64,000 nt of DNA from a virus. Location of the stretch: positions 32,920 to 96,919 of the IMG/VR virus record IMGVR_UViG_3300032092_003271, one strand, 5' to 3'. Within the stretch, counting starts at the first letter, position 1. Each line of letters begins with the position of its first letter. Shown here in pieces: positions 9,944 to 18,329 of the stretch. Made by a program: the position numbers and the translations under genes. The notes beneath the pieces were generated by a model. The model saw nothing but the letters and a program-made list of their open reading frames with translations, was not told the DNA's origin and searched no databases.

Positions 9944-10833
9944 TTCTTATAATTGTTAAAATAATCTTTTGCTCTTTGTTCGTCTTGTTCATACATGGTT
10001 TTATTGTGCATTGACATATGACCATAACCAACTTCAGAAAAATAACCATGAGTTGAGGATTTATAAATGTCATAATGTTTAAATTTATATCCTTTAGTGA
10101 CCATTTGTTTAAACCATACGTCGGCTAAATCTATCCCATAATAACCACCAAAAGGAAATACGTCACAATTTGGAATTACTTCTTTTTTGTAGTTATCAAC
10201 ATTTATTAATGCACACCATTCGTTAACTCTACATTCCGGCATTGGGAATGGGTTTTGTTTACTAATAAATGGTCTGCCGTGATTGGCACTTCTAGTGTCA
10301 GGGTTTTTATCTACATAATTAATAATCTCGTCATAAGGTAATTGGTTTTCACAATTAGACTCTAATAGATGAGAGTCACATATGTTCTCACGTTTTAATG
10401 GACAATTCCAGCACTGACCAATATGACCAATGGTAAAACAATCCCCAATTTCTGACAACAATTCAGAAACAATATCATTGGTAAATAAAACGTCATTATG
10501 AATGATAAGAAGATGTTTTTTATCCGTGTTCTCTAAACCATATTGATATCTTAAAGATGATCTGTAATCATTATCTGAAATGGTTTTAATAACATCACTA
10601 TTATTTATCCAAAGATGAAACTTAGGTATGAACCTAATTAATTTATCGTAATTTAAATTTTCAGATATAATTTTATAGTCATAATCTTCAGGTTGATCTC
10701 TTTCCTCGATAAAAAATATTTTATCGATTAAATTTCCGGAATGTTCTAATAAAGTTTTTAATGTTATTAACGTTTGATAAGGTTTACCATATACGTTAAT
10801 ACAAACATCAATTTTTTTCATGTTAGATTTCAT
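9940..10833 (-). CDS. GT-A glycosyltransferase-like protein (paralog of 11678..12511)
   Basis: VYGKPYQTL.TLK, IHNDVLF, IGQCWNCP, PECRVNEW. Confidence 0.55.
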   Translation of the reverse strand: MKSNMKKIDVCINVYGKPYQTLITLKTLLEHSGNLIDKIFFIEERDQPEDYDYKIISENLNYDKLIRFIPKFHLWINNSDVIKTISDNDYRSSLRYQYGLENTDKKHLLIIHNDVLFTNDIVSELLSEIGDCFTIGHIGQCWNCPLKRENICDSHLLESNCENQLPYDEIINYVDKNPDTRSANHGRPFISKQNPFPMPECRVNEWCALINVDNYKKEVIPNCDVFPFGGYYGIDLADVWFKQMVTKGYKFKHYDIYKSSTHGYFSEVGYGHMSMHNKTMYEQDEQRAKDYFNNYKK

Positions 10834-11676
10834 TTAATTTGTTTGATTTATTTCCCAATTTTCAGGATAATAACTAGGACAATAAAACATTTCATAACAC
10901 TGACCATTAAGGTTTTTCCCAGAATGAATTACTCTCCCGTTATTAAAATTTTTAACGTACCACATTTGCCACCAAGTAAAAGTTGAGCTACCCCCAATAA
11001 AATTATCACAAAGAGTGCCTAATATAAATTGATCCATAGGGTTATTTGTGTAGTCTTTAGAAAGTATGTGTGTATTATTAGGTTCGGCAAATAAAAAGTT
11101 TTTACCATTATAATAATTTTTACACCACTCAATATCATCTGAAAAAATTATAATATTATAATCTAAGTAATTTGGAAATTCTTTTTTTAATGTTTCTTCA
11201 TACCAAGTTTCAGGTATTTGATAAAAACAATCATGACCCACAAAATCACCCCTTCTAACACCAATTCCAATTGTTGGTTTTGTAAAAAAATCTTTATATT
11301 TGTTTTTTACCTCTTTAATTTTTTCTTCTTTTATTTCTAAAATATTTTTAATATAATCAACATCATCAATAAACCATTTTTCTGATTGTAATCCAGGATA
11401 TCCTAATATATTAATTATTTTGTCATTATTTAATTTAAAAAACTCAATAAAATTTTCTTTTTCATCATCACTATATTTTGTTATTTGAAATGAATACTCA
11501 ATATCGTAATTCTGATCTTCAGTAACATTAGGTGGATTTTTTAAATAATCCCATAGAAAATATTCAGGAAGTGCAATCTCATTATTAGAATGTTTTGCCA
11601 AGTAGTTTAATCCTGTAAAAAGAAATAACCAATTACCTAATCTTAAGTGGTTACCCCAACCATTGCATTTTATCAT
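10834..11676 (-). CDS. GT11 alpha-1,2-fucosyltransferase-like
   Basis: RLGNWLF, QSEKWF, GVRRGDF (HxRRGD variant), FSDDIEWCK, STFTWW; start moved to MIKCNG (11676). Confidence 0.82.
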   Translation of the reverse strand: MIKCNGWGNHLRLGNWLFLFTGLNYLAKHSNNEIALPEYFLWDYLKNPPNVTEDQNYDIEYSFQITKYSDDEKENFIEFFKLNNDKIINILGYPGLQSEKWFIDDVDYIKNILEIKEEKIKEVKNKYKDFFTKPTIGIGVRRGDFVGHDCFYQIPETWYEETLKKEFPNYLDYNIIIFSDDIEWCKNYYNGKNFLFAEPNNTHILSKDYTNNPMDQFILGTLCDNFIGGSSTFTWWQMWYVKNFNNGRVIHSGKNLNGQCYEMFYCPSYYPENWEINQTN

Positions 11677-11677
11677 A

Positions 11678-12511
11678 CTAGTTAAAATTTTCCATGAAAT
11701 ATTTTTTAGCGTTTTCTTCAGCCCCCACATAATAATTGTTATTTAGTGATGTTTGATATCCGCATGATAAATCAGACCAATACGAGTGAACATATTTTTC
11801 AACGTAATTAATGAACTTGTAACCTTTAAGATGTAAACTTCTAAACCAAGCAACCCCGGAGTCAGGACCAAAAACCCCAAAAAGAGGAGTGTCTCCATTT
11901 GGATAGGTTTCTTTATTAGACATTTCTCTATTAATTAAACAAGCCCATTCATTTAATCTACACTCCGGTAATGGTTTAGGATTTGTCCTATCAACATTAT
12001 GTACACCTGTTCTTACATATGGTAAACCTAATGAGATTACCTCATCATATGTTGGGTTCCAATCGTAAAATTTCTCACCACTACATAAGTTAGCTTTGTT
12101 TGCTGGACAATTCCAACATTGACCAAGTTGACCAATACCAATTGAGTCATTTATTTTATTTAACATATCACCAATGATATCGTCAGTGTATAATACATCA
12201 TTGTGAGTTATGAAGATAAATTTCTTATCACTTTTCTCAAATCCATATTGTGAATAACTATTTAAACGATCATTTTCATCGTTCATATTTTTTACCGAAT
12301 ACATTAAAATAGAATGTTTTGGTTCGTACACAATTAAATTATCAAAATAATCTACAACCCAATCAATAGTATCATCGTATGGTTGTTTTGGTTCTTTAAC
12401 AAAAAATATTTTATCAATGTGATTGCCTGAATGTTTCATTAAACTTTTTAATGTACATAATGTTTGCCACGGCTTTCCGTAAACATGAATAACTACATCA
12501 ACCTTTTCCAT
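11678..12511 (-). CDS. GT-A glycosyltransferase-like protein (paralog of 9940..10833)
   Basis: VYGKPWQTL.TLK, THNDVLY, LGQCWNCP, PECRLNEW. Confidence 0.55.
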   Translation of the reverse strand: MEKVDVVIHVYGKPWQTLCTLKSLMKHSGNHIDKIFFVKEPKQPYDDTIDWVVDYFDNLIVYEPKHSILMYSVKNMNDENDRLNSYSQYGFEKSDKKFIFITHNDVLYTDDIIGDMLNKINDSIGIGQLGQCWNCPANKANLCSGEKFYDWNPTYDEVISLGLPYVRTGVHNVDRTNPKPLPECRLNEWACLINREMSNKETYPNGDTPLFGVFGPDSGVAWFRSLHLKGYKFINYVEKYVHSYWSDLSCGYQTSLNNNYYVGAEENAKKYFMENFN

Positions 12512-12521
12512 AATTCTATAA

Positions 12522-13133
12522 CTATTTTAAACCAGTACTCCCAAAACCATTATCGTTTCGATCTTTATTTTCTAATTTATTTTTTTCAACAAACTCAACC
12601 CATTTTCCTGAAACAACAGGACAAAGAACCGCTTGCGCAATTTTTTGACCTTTTTCAATCCTTACTTTCTGATTTGTGGTGTTAAAAAGTATAACCTGTA
12701 TTTCACCTAAATATCCTTGATCTACGGTACCTGGTGAGTTTAAAACCATAAGACCTTGTTTAAGTGCTAAACCACTTTTAGATCTTACTTGTATTTCATA
12801 TCCTTCAGGAATGTCTAAGATTAAACCCGTATTTACTAATTTTCTATCAAATGCGTGTATCCAACACTCCTCAATTGAATACAAATCAAATCCTGAATCA
12901 GAGACATAATTATAAGATGGAGAAACTGTGTCTTCTTTTGATTTTACAAACCCCATTTCAATTTTAGGAATATACTCTTCCATCTCCTTTTCTAATTCAT
13001 CTATATCAATTCCAAAAGAATCCATAATAGCATTGTAATCAATATCTTGGGTTTCATCTATTTCAATATCATCAAGTAATTTCATTAACATGTTTATTTC
13101 TTCCTCGTTAATGTCATCTAATTCTTTACTCAT
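12522..13133 (-). CDS. dut: trimeric dUTPase with acidic N-terminal extension
   Basis: SGFDL, QVRSKSGLA, NSPGTVDQGYLGEI, KIAQ, RNDNGFGSTG motifs I-V. Confidence 0.93.
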   Translation of the reverse strand: MSKELDDINEEEINMLMKLLDDIEIDETQDIDYNAIMDSFGIDIDELEKEMEEYIPKIEMGFVKSKEDTVSPSYNYVSDSGFDLYSIEECWIHAFDRKLVNTGLILDIPEGYEIQVRSKSGLALKQGLMVLNSPGTVDQGYLGEIQVILFNTTNQKVRIEKGQKIAQAVLCPVVSGKWVEFVEKNKLENKDRNDNGFGSTGLK

Positions 13134-13858
13134 TATTTTAAACTTTTTAATTTGATTATTGTATCGATCAAAACTTTAACATCTTTCTCACAATACTCAG
13201 ATATTTCTTCCAATCTGTTATGTCCCCAATATGCTTCGTGAACCATTCCTCCGTTTACTTCACCATCTTTTGGTGTTGGGATGTCTAAACATGCACACAT
13301 CAAATCTAATGACCCAATTGCGGTGTATGCACCATACTGCCAAATTTCTTTTGTATCAATTGCTTTTACTTCCCAAGGTTTTGTATCATATGAAGGAAGA
13401 ATCTTTGACGGCATAATTCCATTTACAATCATTCTTTTTGCTAACATCGGGATGTCAAAGTTTTTAAGGTTGTGACCACAAAGATAAAAATCTAATTTAT
13501 GACATCTGTCCAACAAATCCCGAACCTCCAAAAGTAATTTGTGTTCATCATCACCCAAAAATGTTTGTTTTTTGGTTTCACCATTATCTAAAACAAAGGC
13601 CATAGATACACATACGATTTTTGCAAATTCAGGTACAAGTGCTGATCTTTTTCTAAATACAATGTCCATATGTTCTTCGGTTGTTCTATCTTCACCCCAT
13701 TCTTTGTCTTCAGGAAATCTTTTTAAAAACCAATCAAAATATTTGTCGAATTGTTCTGCAATTTTTGGGTTTGATTGAAGACATGTTTGGTAATCAGCGC
13801 AACCACCAACAGTTTCAATGTCTAAAAATAAAATTTTCGTTATTGGTATATTAATCAT
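13133..13858 (-). CDS. stand-alone 3'-5' exonuclease related to the PolB exonuclease domain
   Basis: FLDIETV (ExoI), GHNLKNFDIP (ExoII), YCEKDV (ExoIII). Confidence 0.88.
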   Translation of the reverse strand: MINIPITKILFLDIETVGGCADYQTCLQSNPKIAEQFDKYFDWFLKRFPEDKEWGEDRTTEEHMDIVFRKRSALVPEFAKIVCVSMAFVLDNGETKKQTFLGDDEHKLLLEVRDLLDRCHKLDFYLCGHNLKNFDIPMLAKRMIVNGIMPSKILPSYDTKPWEVKAIDTKEIWQYGAYTAIGSLDLMCACLDIPTPKDGEVNGGMVHEAYWGHNRLEEISEYCEKDVKVLIDTIIKLKSLK

Positions 13859-14307
13859 AATTCTGTTTTTTTAATAATTTCAGGATTTTGTTTTAAAGTT
13901 TGTATTGTAATTAAATCTTTAATTTTTGTAGTTGACCATCCGTGAGATCTTGTAGTATAAATAACGTCTATCGGTAAATGGTCTCCCGTAAATCTTTTAC
14001 CGATGTAATCATCACCTAAGATTCTTACATCAGGTTTGTAAAATTCAATTAACCTTTGTAGATCTTCTTCATCGTCATAACATACTACTTCATCAATGTA
14101 TTTGATTGACATTAATGTTTTATATCTTTCGTATAATGGGATGACAGGTTTATATTTTGTATATCTAGTTTCTGATGGATCTCTTTGTAGAAATACCATA
14201 AAATAATCACAATGTTCTTTTGCAGTCTCAAATGTGTAAATGTAACCTGGATGTAACAAGTCAAAGTTACCAGCGGTGAATCCTATTTTTCCTTTTTTCT
14301 GATCCAT
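13855..14307 (-). CDS. cytidylyltransferase-family nucleotidyltransferase (TagD/RfaE-like)
   Basis: FTAGNFDLLHPGY (HxGH variant), KPV...ER, IKYIDEV, LGDDY, RSHGWSTT. Confidence 0.8.
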   Translation of the reverse strand: MDQKKGKIGFTAGNFDLLHPGYIYTFETAKEHCDYFMVFLQRDPSETRYTKYKPVIPLYERYKTLMSIKYIDEVVCYDDEEDLQRLIEFYKPDVRILGDDYIGKRFTGDHLPIDVIYTTRSHGWSTTKIKDLITIQTLKQNPEIIKKTEL

Positions 14308-14309
14308 AA

Positions 14310-15521
14310 TTATTTTATTAAAGATTTATAAAACGATGCTCTTTCGTGAGACACGTTGTTTATGTCGTATTTGTCTTTTACTGTTTCGTATAGTTTTTCA
14401 CCAAGATCTATAATCATATTGGGATTCTCAACAAGTTTTTTAATGTTTTTTACCCAATCACTATGGTTTTTTGTTTCATCAACTAGTAATGCATTACCAT
14501 CAACAAATTGACCATTTTTTAATGAGTGTTTTAAATCAATCGTGTATGGACCAATATTGGAAGCTATAAGTGCTTTTTTATAAAAACCTGCCTCAATAAC
14601 TTTTAACTGAGATTTCATTCTATTAAAGATGTGATTTTTAATTGGTGCTAATGAAATATCAAACTTTGCATAATTTCTTGCGTATGAGTCAGTAGGTCTT
14701 GTCCAAACCCTCACGTAATTTTCAGTTTGAATTGCGGGATAGTCTTCCTCTTTAAATTTATCTAAAAATAATTTATACTCAGGTGAGATAATTTTATAAT
14801 TGTCTGTGAAAATGTTTTCATACATTGCCCACACAGTCTCTTGTGGTTTGATAGGTCTTTGTCTTTTCTCTCCTGTATCTTTGTTGATTTCAGTAACACT
14901 ACCTCTTGTATCGAAACCACAAACATAATATTGTAATTTATCTTTGAGTGGTGAAAGTTTATTAACCATACCATCTAACAATTTTAAATCGTGTAAATGT
15001 GATGATCCTCCTAACCACCCAACACGAATTTTATCTGAAGGTAGCGTAGGTTCGGTAAATTGACCTTCTTTTGGGTCGATTGCGTTAGGGAAAACAACTA
15101 CGTTTTTGTTGAACTTTCTAATTTCGTTTGCAAAGATTTCGGTGGTTGTTGTTACATAATCTGCAGCCTTTAAATTTTCTACAATCTTAAGGTGCATTTT
15201 GTCATTAACAATTAAATTATGGATTGGGTGTTCTTTTGTTGGTAACCAATAATCGTCCATATCTGCGATTACAATTATACCAAGACTCCTAAGTAATTTA
15301 ATAATTGTTGGGCATTGATCTAAATCACCAAAATTTCTGTGAAAATGAACTATTTGGTAATTTTTCCAATAACTTACATCGTTAATTCTTGGTTTATAAT
15401 CGATATCGATATGAAAATCATTAGGATATAAATTTTGTAGATTGATATGCGGATCAACTGAACGATATTTACCAACACCACTTGTGTCGGAAGGTAATAC
15501 TAATACTTTAATTTTAGACAT
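14310..15521 (-). CDS. GT-B glycosyltransferase (GT4-like)
   Basis: DMDDYW, RVGWLGGSSH..DL, DISLAP....FN..KSQLKVIEAG, IASNIGPY; start moved to MSKIKV (15521). Confidence 0.8.
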   Translation of the reverse strand: MSKIKVLVLPSDTSGVGKYRSVDPHINLQNLYPNDFHIDIDYKPRINDVSYWKNYQIVHFHRNFGDLDQCPTIIKLLRSLGIIVIADMDDYWLPTKEHPIHNLIVNDKMHLKIVENLKAADYVTTTTEIFANEIRKFNKNVVVFPNAIDPKEGQFTEPTLPSDKIRVGWLGGSSHLHDLKLLDGMVNKLSPLKDKLQYYVCGFDTRGSVTEINKDTGEKRQRPIKPQETVWAMYENIFTDNYKIISPEYKLFLDKFKEEDYPAIQTENYVRVWTRPTDSYARNYAKFDISLAPIKNHIFNRMKSQLKVIEAGFYKKALIASNIGPYTIDLKHSLKNGQFVDGNALLVDETKNHSDWVKNIKKLVENPNMIIDLGEKLYETVKDKYDINNVSHERASFYKSLIK

Positions 15522-15537
15522 AAATTTCTTTTGTAGA

Positions 15538-15566
15538 AATCTAATAATTTTAAACAAAATAATCAA
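15538..15566 (-). promoter_or_regulatory. host-type promoter for the left glycan operon
   Basis: minus strand TTGATT-N17-TAGATT(TC), just downstream of a terminator and 16 nt before the ATG at 15521. Confidence 0.5.
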
Positions 15567-15570
15567 TAAT

Positions 15571-15602
15571 AAAAAAAAATACCCACCATAAGATGAGTAT
15601 TT
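15571..15602 (-). terminator. intrinsic terminator
   Basis: minus strand AAAUACUCAUC-UUAU-GGUGGGUAUUU stem (two G-U pairs) followed by a U run, directly after the 15626 gene. Confidence 0.7.
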
Positions 15603-15625
15603 AATTTACGCCTGAAAAGTATTTT

Positions 15626-16243
15626 TTATTTTGCGATTTTTTTAACCTTTAAAACTTTACCCTCAAATAAGTGTTGACCAACTCTAAATTTGAACATTTC
15701 TCCACTATTTGATTCTGATTCAACTAAAAGACCATTTTCTTTTAGAACATCCTGAACTGTTTCTCTAACAATTTCTCTTATTTGATTTGAGGTCAATGAA
15801 CTTGATGATTGTACTTGTTGTGTTTGTTGTCTTGGTTTACTCTCAGCAATTTGATCACCTTTTGCATTTGTGTTCATTAATCTTGCCGCCTTCTCAATTA
15901 AATCATTACTTAAAACTGTATCTGTTGACATACCCATTGATGGTTGTTGTATAGGATGTTCCATCATTAATCTTTTAATTTCGTCAGGTAATTTAGAACT
16001 TGCAATTCTATCTTCCATAGGTAGATTAGATTGTCTTGGTTGTGATACAGGTCTTGTTTCTTCCATTAAATCCGCAGGTAAGTTATATCTTGCTGCTGGA
16101 GCCTCATAATTCTCAACCATTGGGCTTGAGTAATCATTACCCATGTTTATGTTACGAGCTTGACCTCTACCCATGTCATTGTGTTTTTCCATGATCTTTT
16201 TTGAGACCATTAATTTTTGTAGTAATTCTGATTCTGAATTCAT
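15626..16243 (-). CDS. hypothetical phage protein (possibly head-associated)
   Basis: long ORF in a tight operon; contains several (L/I/V)xE motifs. Confidence 0.6.
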   Translation of the reverse strand: MNSESELLQKLMVSKKIMEKHNDMGRGQARNINMGNDYSSPMVENYEAPAARYNLPADLMEETRPVSQPRQSNLPMEDRIASSKLPDEIKRLMMEHPIQQPSMGMSTDTVLSNDLIEKAARLMNTNAKGDQIAESKPRQQTQQVQSSSSLTSNQIREIVRETVQDVLKENGLLVESESNSGEMFKFRVGQHLFEGKVLKVKKIAK

Positions 16244-16244
16244 A

Positions 16245-16643
16245 TTATGTTATATTTTCGTTTCCAAATACTGCGTTAATTATCATTCTTTCCATACTCC
16301 TGTCACCTGTAGGATTATATCCAGGACGAGGAGTGTCAAATACTTCTTGAGTTGGTCTAATGAATTCCATTTTATCCACTCTAAAAAATCTCCAACTAGG
16401 AAGAGGTTTTTTTCCTAAATAAGCTCTATGTGATGATCCTTCTCTATCCCAAGCTCTTAATACGGGATTACCCCTCTTACTATAACCGTAGGCCACGGGT
16501 TCAATAACCCTTAACCCCTTACCTCCAGGTTCGTCACCGTTATAATAAATAACACATACTTTTTTATTTCTTATAGCATCAGTTATTTGATCAGCTGTTG
16601 CTACCTCTAAAATAAGTTTATTTAATGTGTTGTAAAGTTTCAT
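16245..16643 (-). CDS. stand-alone WYL-domain-like protein
   Basis: AI..KK...IYY......G.R.IEP...G......LRAW......WRFFRVDKM pattern typical of the WYL fold. Confidence 0.7.
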   Translation of the reverse strand: MKLYNTLNKLILEVATADQITDAIRNKKVCVIYYNGDEPGGKGLRVIEPVAYGYSKRGNPVLRAWDREGSSHRAYLGKKPLPSWRFFRVDKMEFIRPTQEVFDTPRPGYNPTGDRSMERMIINAVFGNENIT

Positions 16644-16927
16644 TATGCAGATGGAGTTGTGTATGGTTTGTTTGGTTGGTATTCATTAACTTTTATTTCA
16701 TTTTTTCTTTCAATAATATCAATTGATGAACCACCATTGATCGTATCTAAGAAAATTCCAGTACCTTTACCTGACTCATCACCATCTGATAGTGCATCAG
16801 GGTTAACCGCAGAATATGGATTTACCGTTTTGTAATCATTTTTTACAAGAAGGCTTTTTCTTTGGATGTCAGCAACTGCAGTCAAATCATTTGCTGGTTG
16901 GCTAAAATCTAATCTTTCTGTTTGCAT
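16643..16927 (-). CDS. hypothetical phage protein
   Basis: translationally coupled ORF in operon. Confidence 0.6.
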   Translation of the reverse strand: MQTERLDFSQPANDLTAVADIQRKSLLVKNDYKTVNPYSAVNPDALSDGDESGKGTGIFLDTINGGSSIDIIERKNEIKVNEYQPNKPYTTPSA

Positions 16928-16928
16928 T

Positions 16929-17399
16929 TTAAATTATTTGTTTCATTATTTGGTTTATTCTGTCAAGGTCTTCTTTAATTCTAACATCTTGTGTAAAAGT
17001 GCTATGTTCCTTAGAAGGTCTTGACATATCGGCAATAGGTCCTAAATCTTTAATTAATTTATCATCTATTTCGTCCGGCATATAATCGTTTTGTATTTGA
17101 TTTGAAAAATTGTCATTTTTTCTGAGTCCTTGAATTGTATTCTCAACCCAATTTTTCATATAATCGGCTCCATTTAAAACAAATGGTGCGTCAGTCCCAT
17201 CACCTTCATAATTATCAAACCAATTTTTTATCCTACCAAGTTGTTGGTATGTTACATATCCAGTATCCCTTAATTCCTCATTTCTTTTGTGACCTTCAAT
17301 TGATGGGTCTGAATTAGGAATGTGATCAAAACATACTTGAAGATATTCAACTACTTCTTTTGGTAGTTCAATAGTTTTATTATATAAATTACTATTCAC
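16929..17399 (-). CDS. hypothetical phage protein
   Basis: coupled ORF; ends IKEDLDRINQIMKQII. Confidence 0.6.
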   Translation of the reverse strand: MNSNLYNKTIELPKEVVEYLQVCFDHIPNSDPSIEGHKRNEELRDTGYVTYQQLGRIKNWFDNYEGDGTDAPFVLNGADYMKNWVENTIQGLRKNDNFSNQIQNDYMPDEIDDKLIKDLGPIADMSRPSKEHSTFTQDVRIKEDLDRINQIMKQII

Positions 17400-18276
17400 C
17401 TTGTTTTAAATGTTTTACCAATTTATCAATACTAATACCTTCTTTATCTGCAAGTCTTTTAATCGCTTCAATATTTCTTATTAATATTTTAGAGACTGGT
17501 TTAGATAATTTATCGTCTTCTTTTGTTTTTTTTACAACTTCTTTGTCTTTGGATTTTTTTGAAAGTAATATCTCATCAATCAAAGTTTCCATTTTTTCTT
17601 TTTCTAATTCAGACAATCTTCTTTTTGTAAAACAATTTTTACAATGTCCTCGTTTCTTTTCGTTTTTTAATTCTTTATCTAAATTTCTATCAAACCCCAA
17701 TCTTTTTAATCTTTCATCCCTTTCAATAGGATCCTCAACCTCCATCTTTTTTAATATTTTATTTGCAACATCATAAGTAGGTGCAAATTCGGTTTCTTCA
17801 AAACCAAAAGATTCAGATTGATCAACTTCACTTAATGTGTTATTTTTCACATCTTCAGACTCACCATAATAAACACGAATGAATGGCCACTGTTGAGCTC
17901 TAGTCATACGAACAGTTTGGTCCATAGTTTTCTTGGCCAAATTTCTTTGGTTTAATACGGGTATGTTAGAACTTATTAAAGAACCATCAGGGTCAACTAA
18001 TTCATCAATTTCACCGTCATTATGTTTCTTCTTACTATGAGAATCAATTAATTTGTGAACTTGTTGTTTTGTTAACTTTTTACCTGATTTTAATATTTTT
18101 GAAATTAACTTTTGAATTTCTTCAAATACAGATTTATCAACCTCAATAAATTCATCTTCTTTTCTGGATTCAGATAATGTTTCAGATACTGAATAATATA
18201 TACCAACTTTATTCCCTTTATCTTTTAAAAAGAAATAATACGGTTTTTCAAAATACTCTTTATTCAATTCTATCAT
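17392..18276 (-). CDS. hypothetical Lys/Glu-rich phage protein
   Basis: start moved to MIELNKE (18276), which removes the overlap with the divergent gene and has TATTTAT 15 nt upstream. Confidence 0.65.
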   Translation of the reverse strand: MIELNKEYFEKPYYFFLKDKGNKVGIYYSVSETLSESRKEDEFIEVDKSVFEEIQKLISKILKSGKKLTKQQVHKLIDSHSKKKHNDGEIDELVDPDGSLISSNIPVLNQRNLAKKTMDQTVRMTRAQQWPFIRVYYGESEDVKNNTLSEVDQSESFGFEETEFAPTYDVANKILKKMEVEDPIERDERLKRLGFDRNLDKELKNEKKRGHCKNCFTKRRLSELEKEKMETLIDEILLSKKSKDKEVVKKTKEDDKLSKPVSKILIRNIEAIKRLADKEGISIDKLVKHLKQGE

Positions 18277-18291
18277 GGTATAGTTTTTACA

Positions 18292-18318
18292 ATAAATACT
18301 TTCATTTGTTGTATTTAT
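18292..18318. promoter_or_regulatory. back-to-back TATTTAT putative late promoters
   Basis: ATAAATA 18292-18298 (serves the minus gene) and TATTTAT 18312-18318 (serves the plus gene) in a 53-nt divergent gap. Confidence 0.6.
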
Positions 18319-18329
18319 AAGTAAAACAC

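Noticed and set aside
8-15521. Bacterial O-antigen or capsule locus
   Set aside because: No flippase, polymerase, chain-length regulator or initiating phosphoglycosyltransferase is visible, and the block is continuous with phage structural and replication genes
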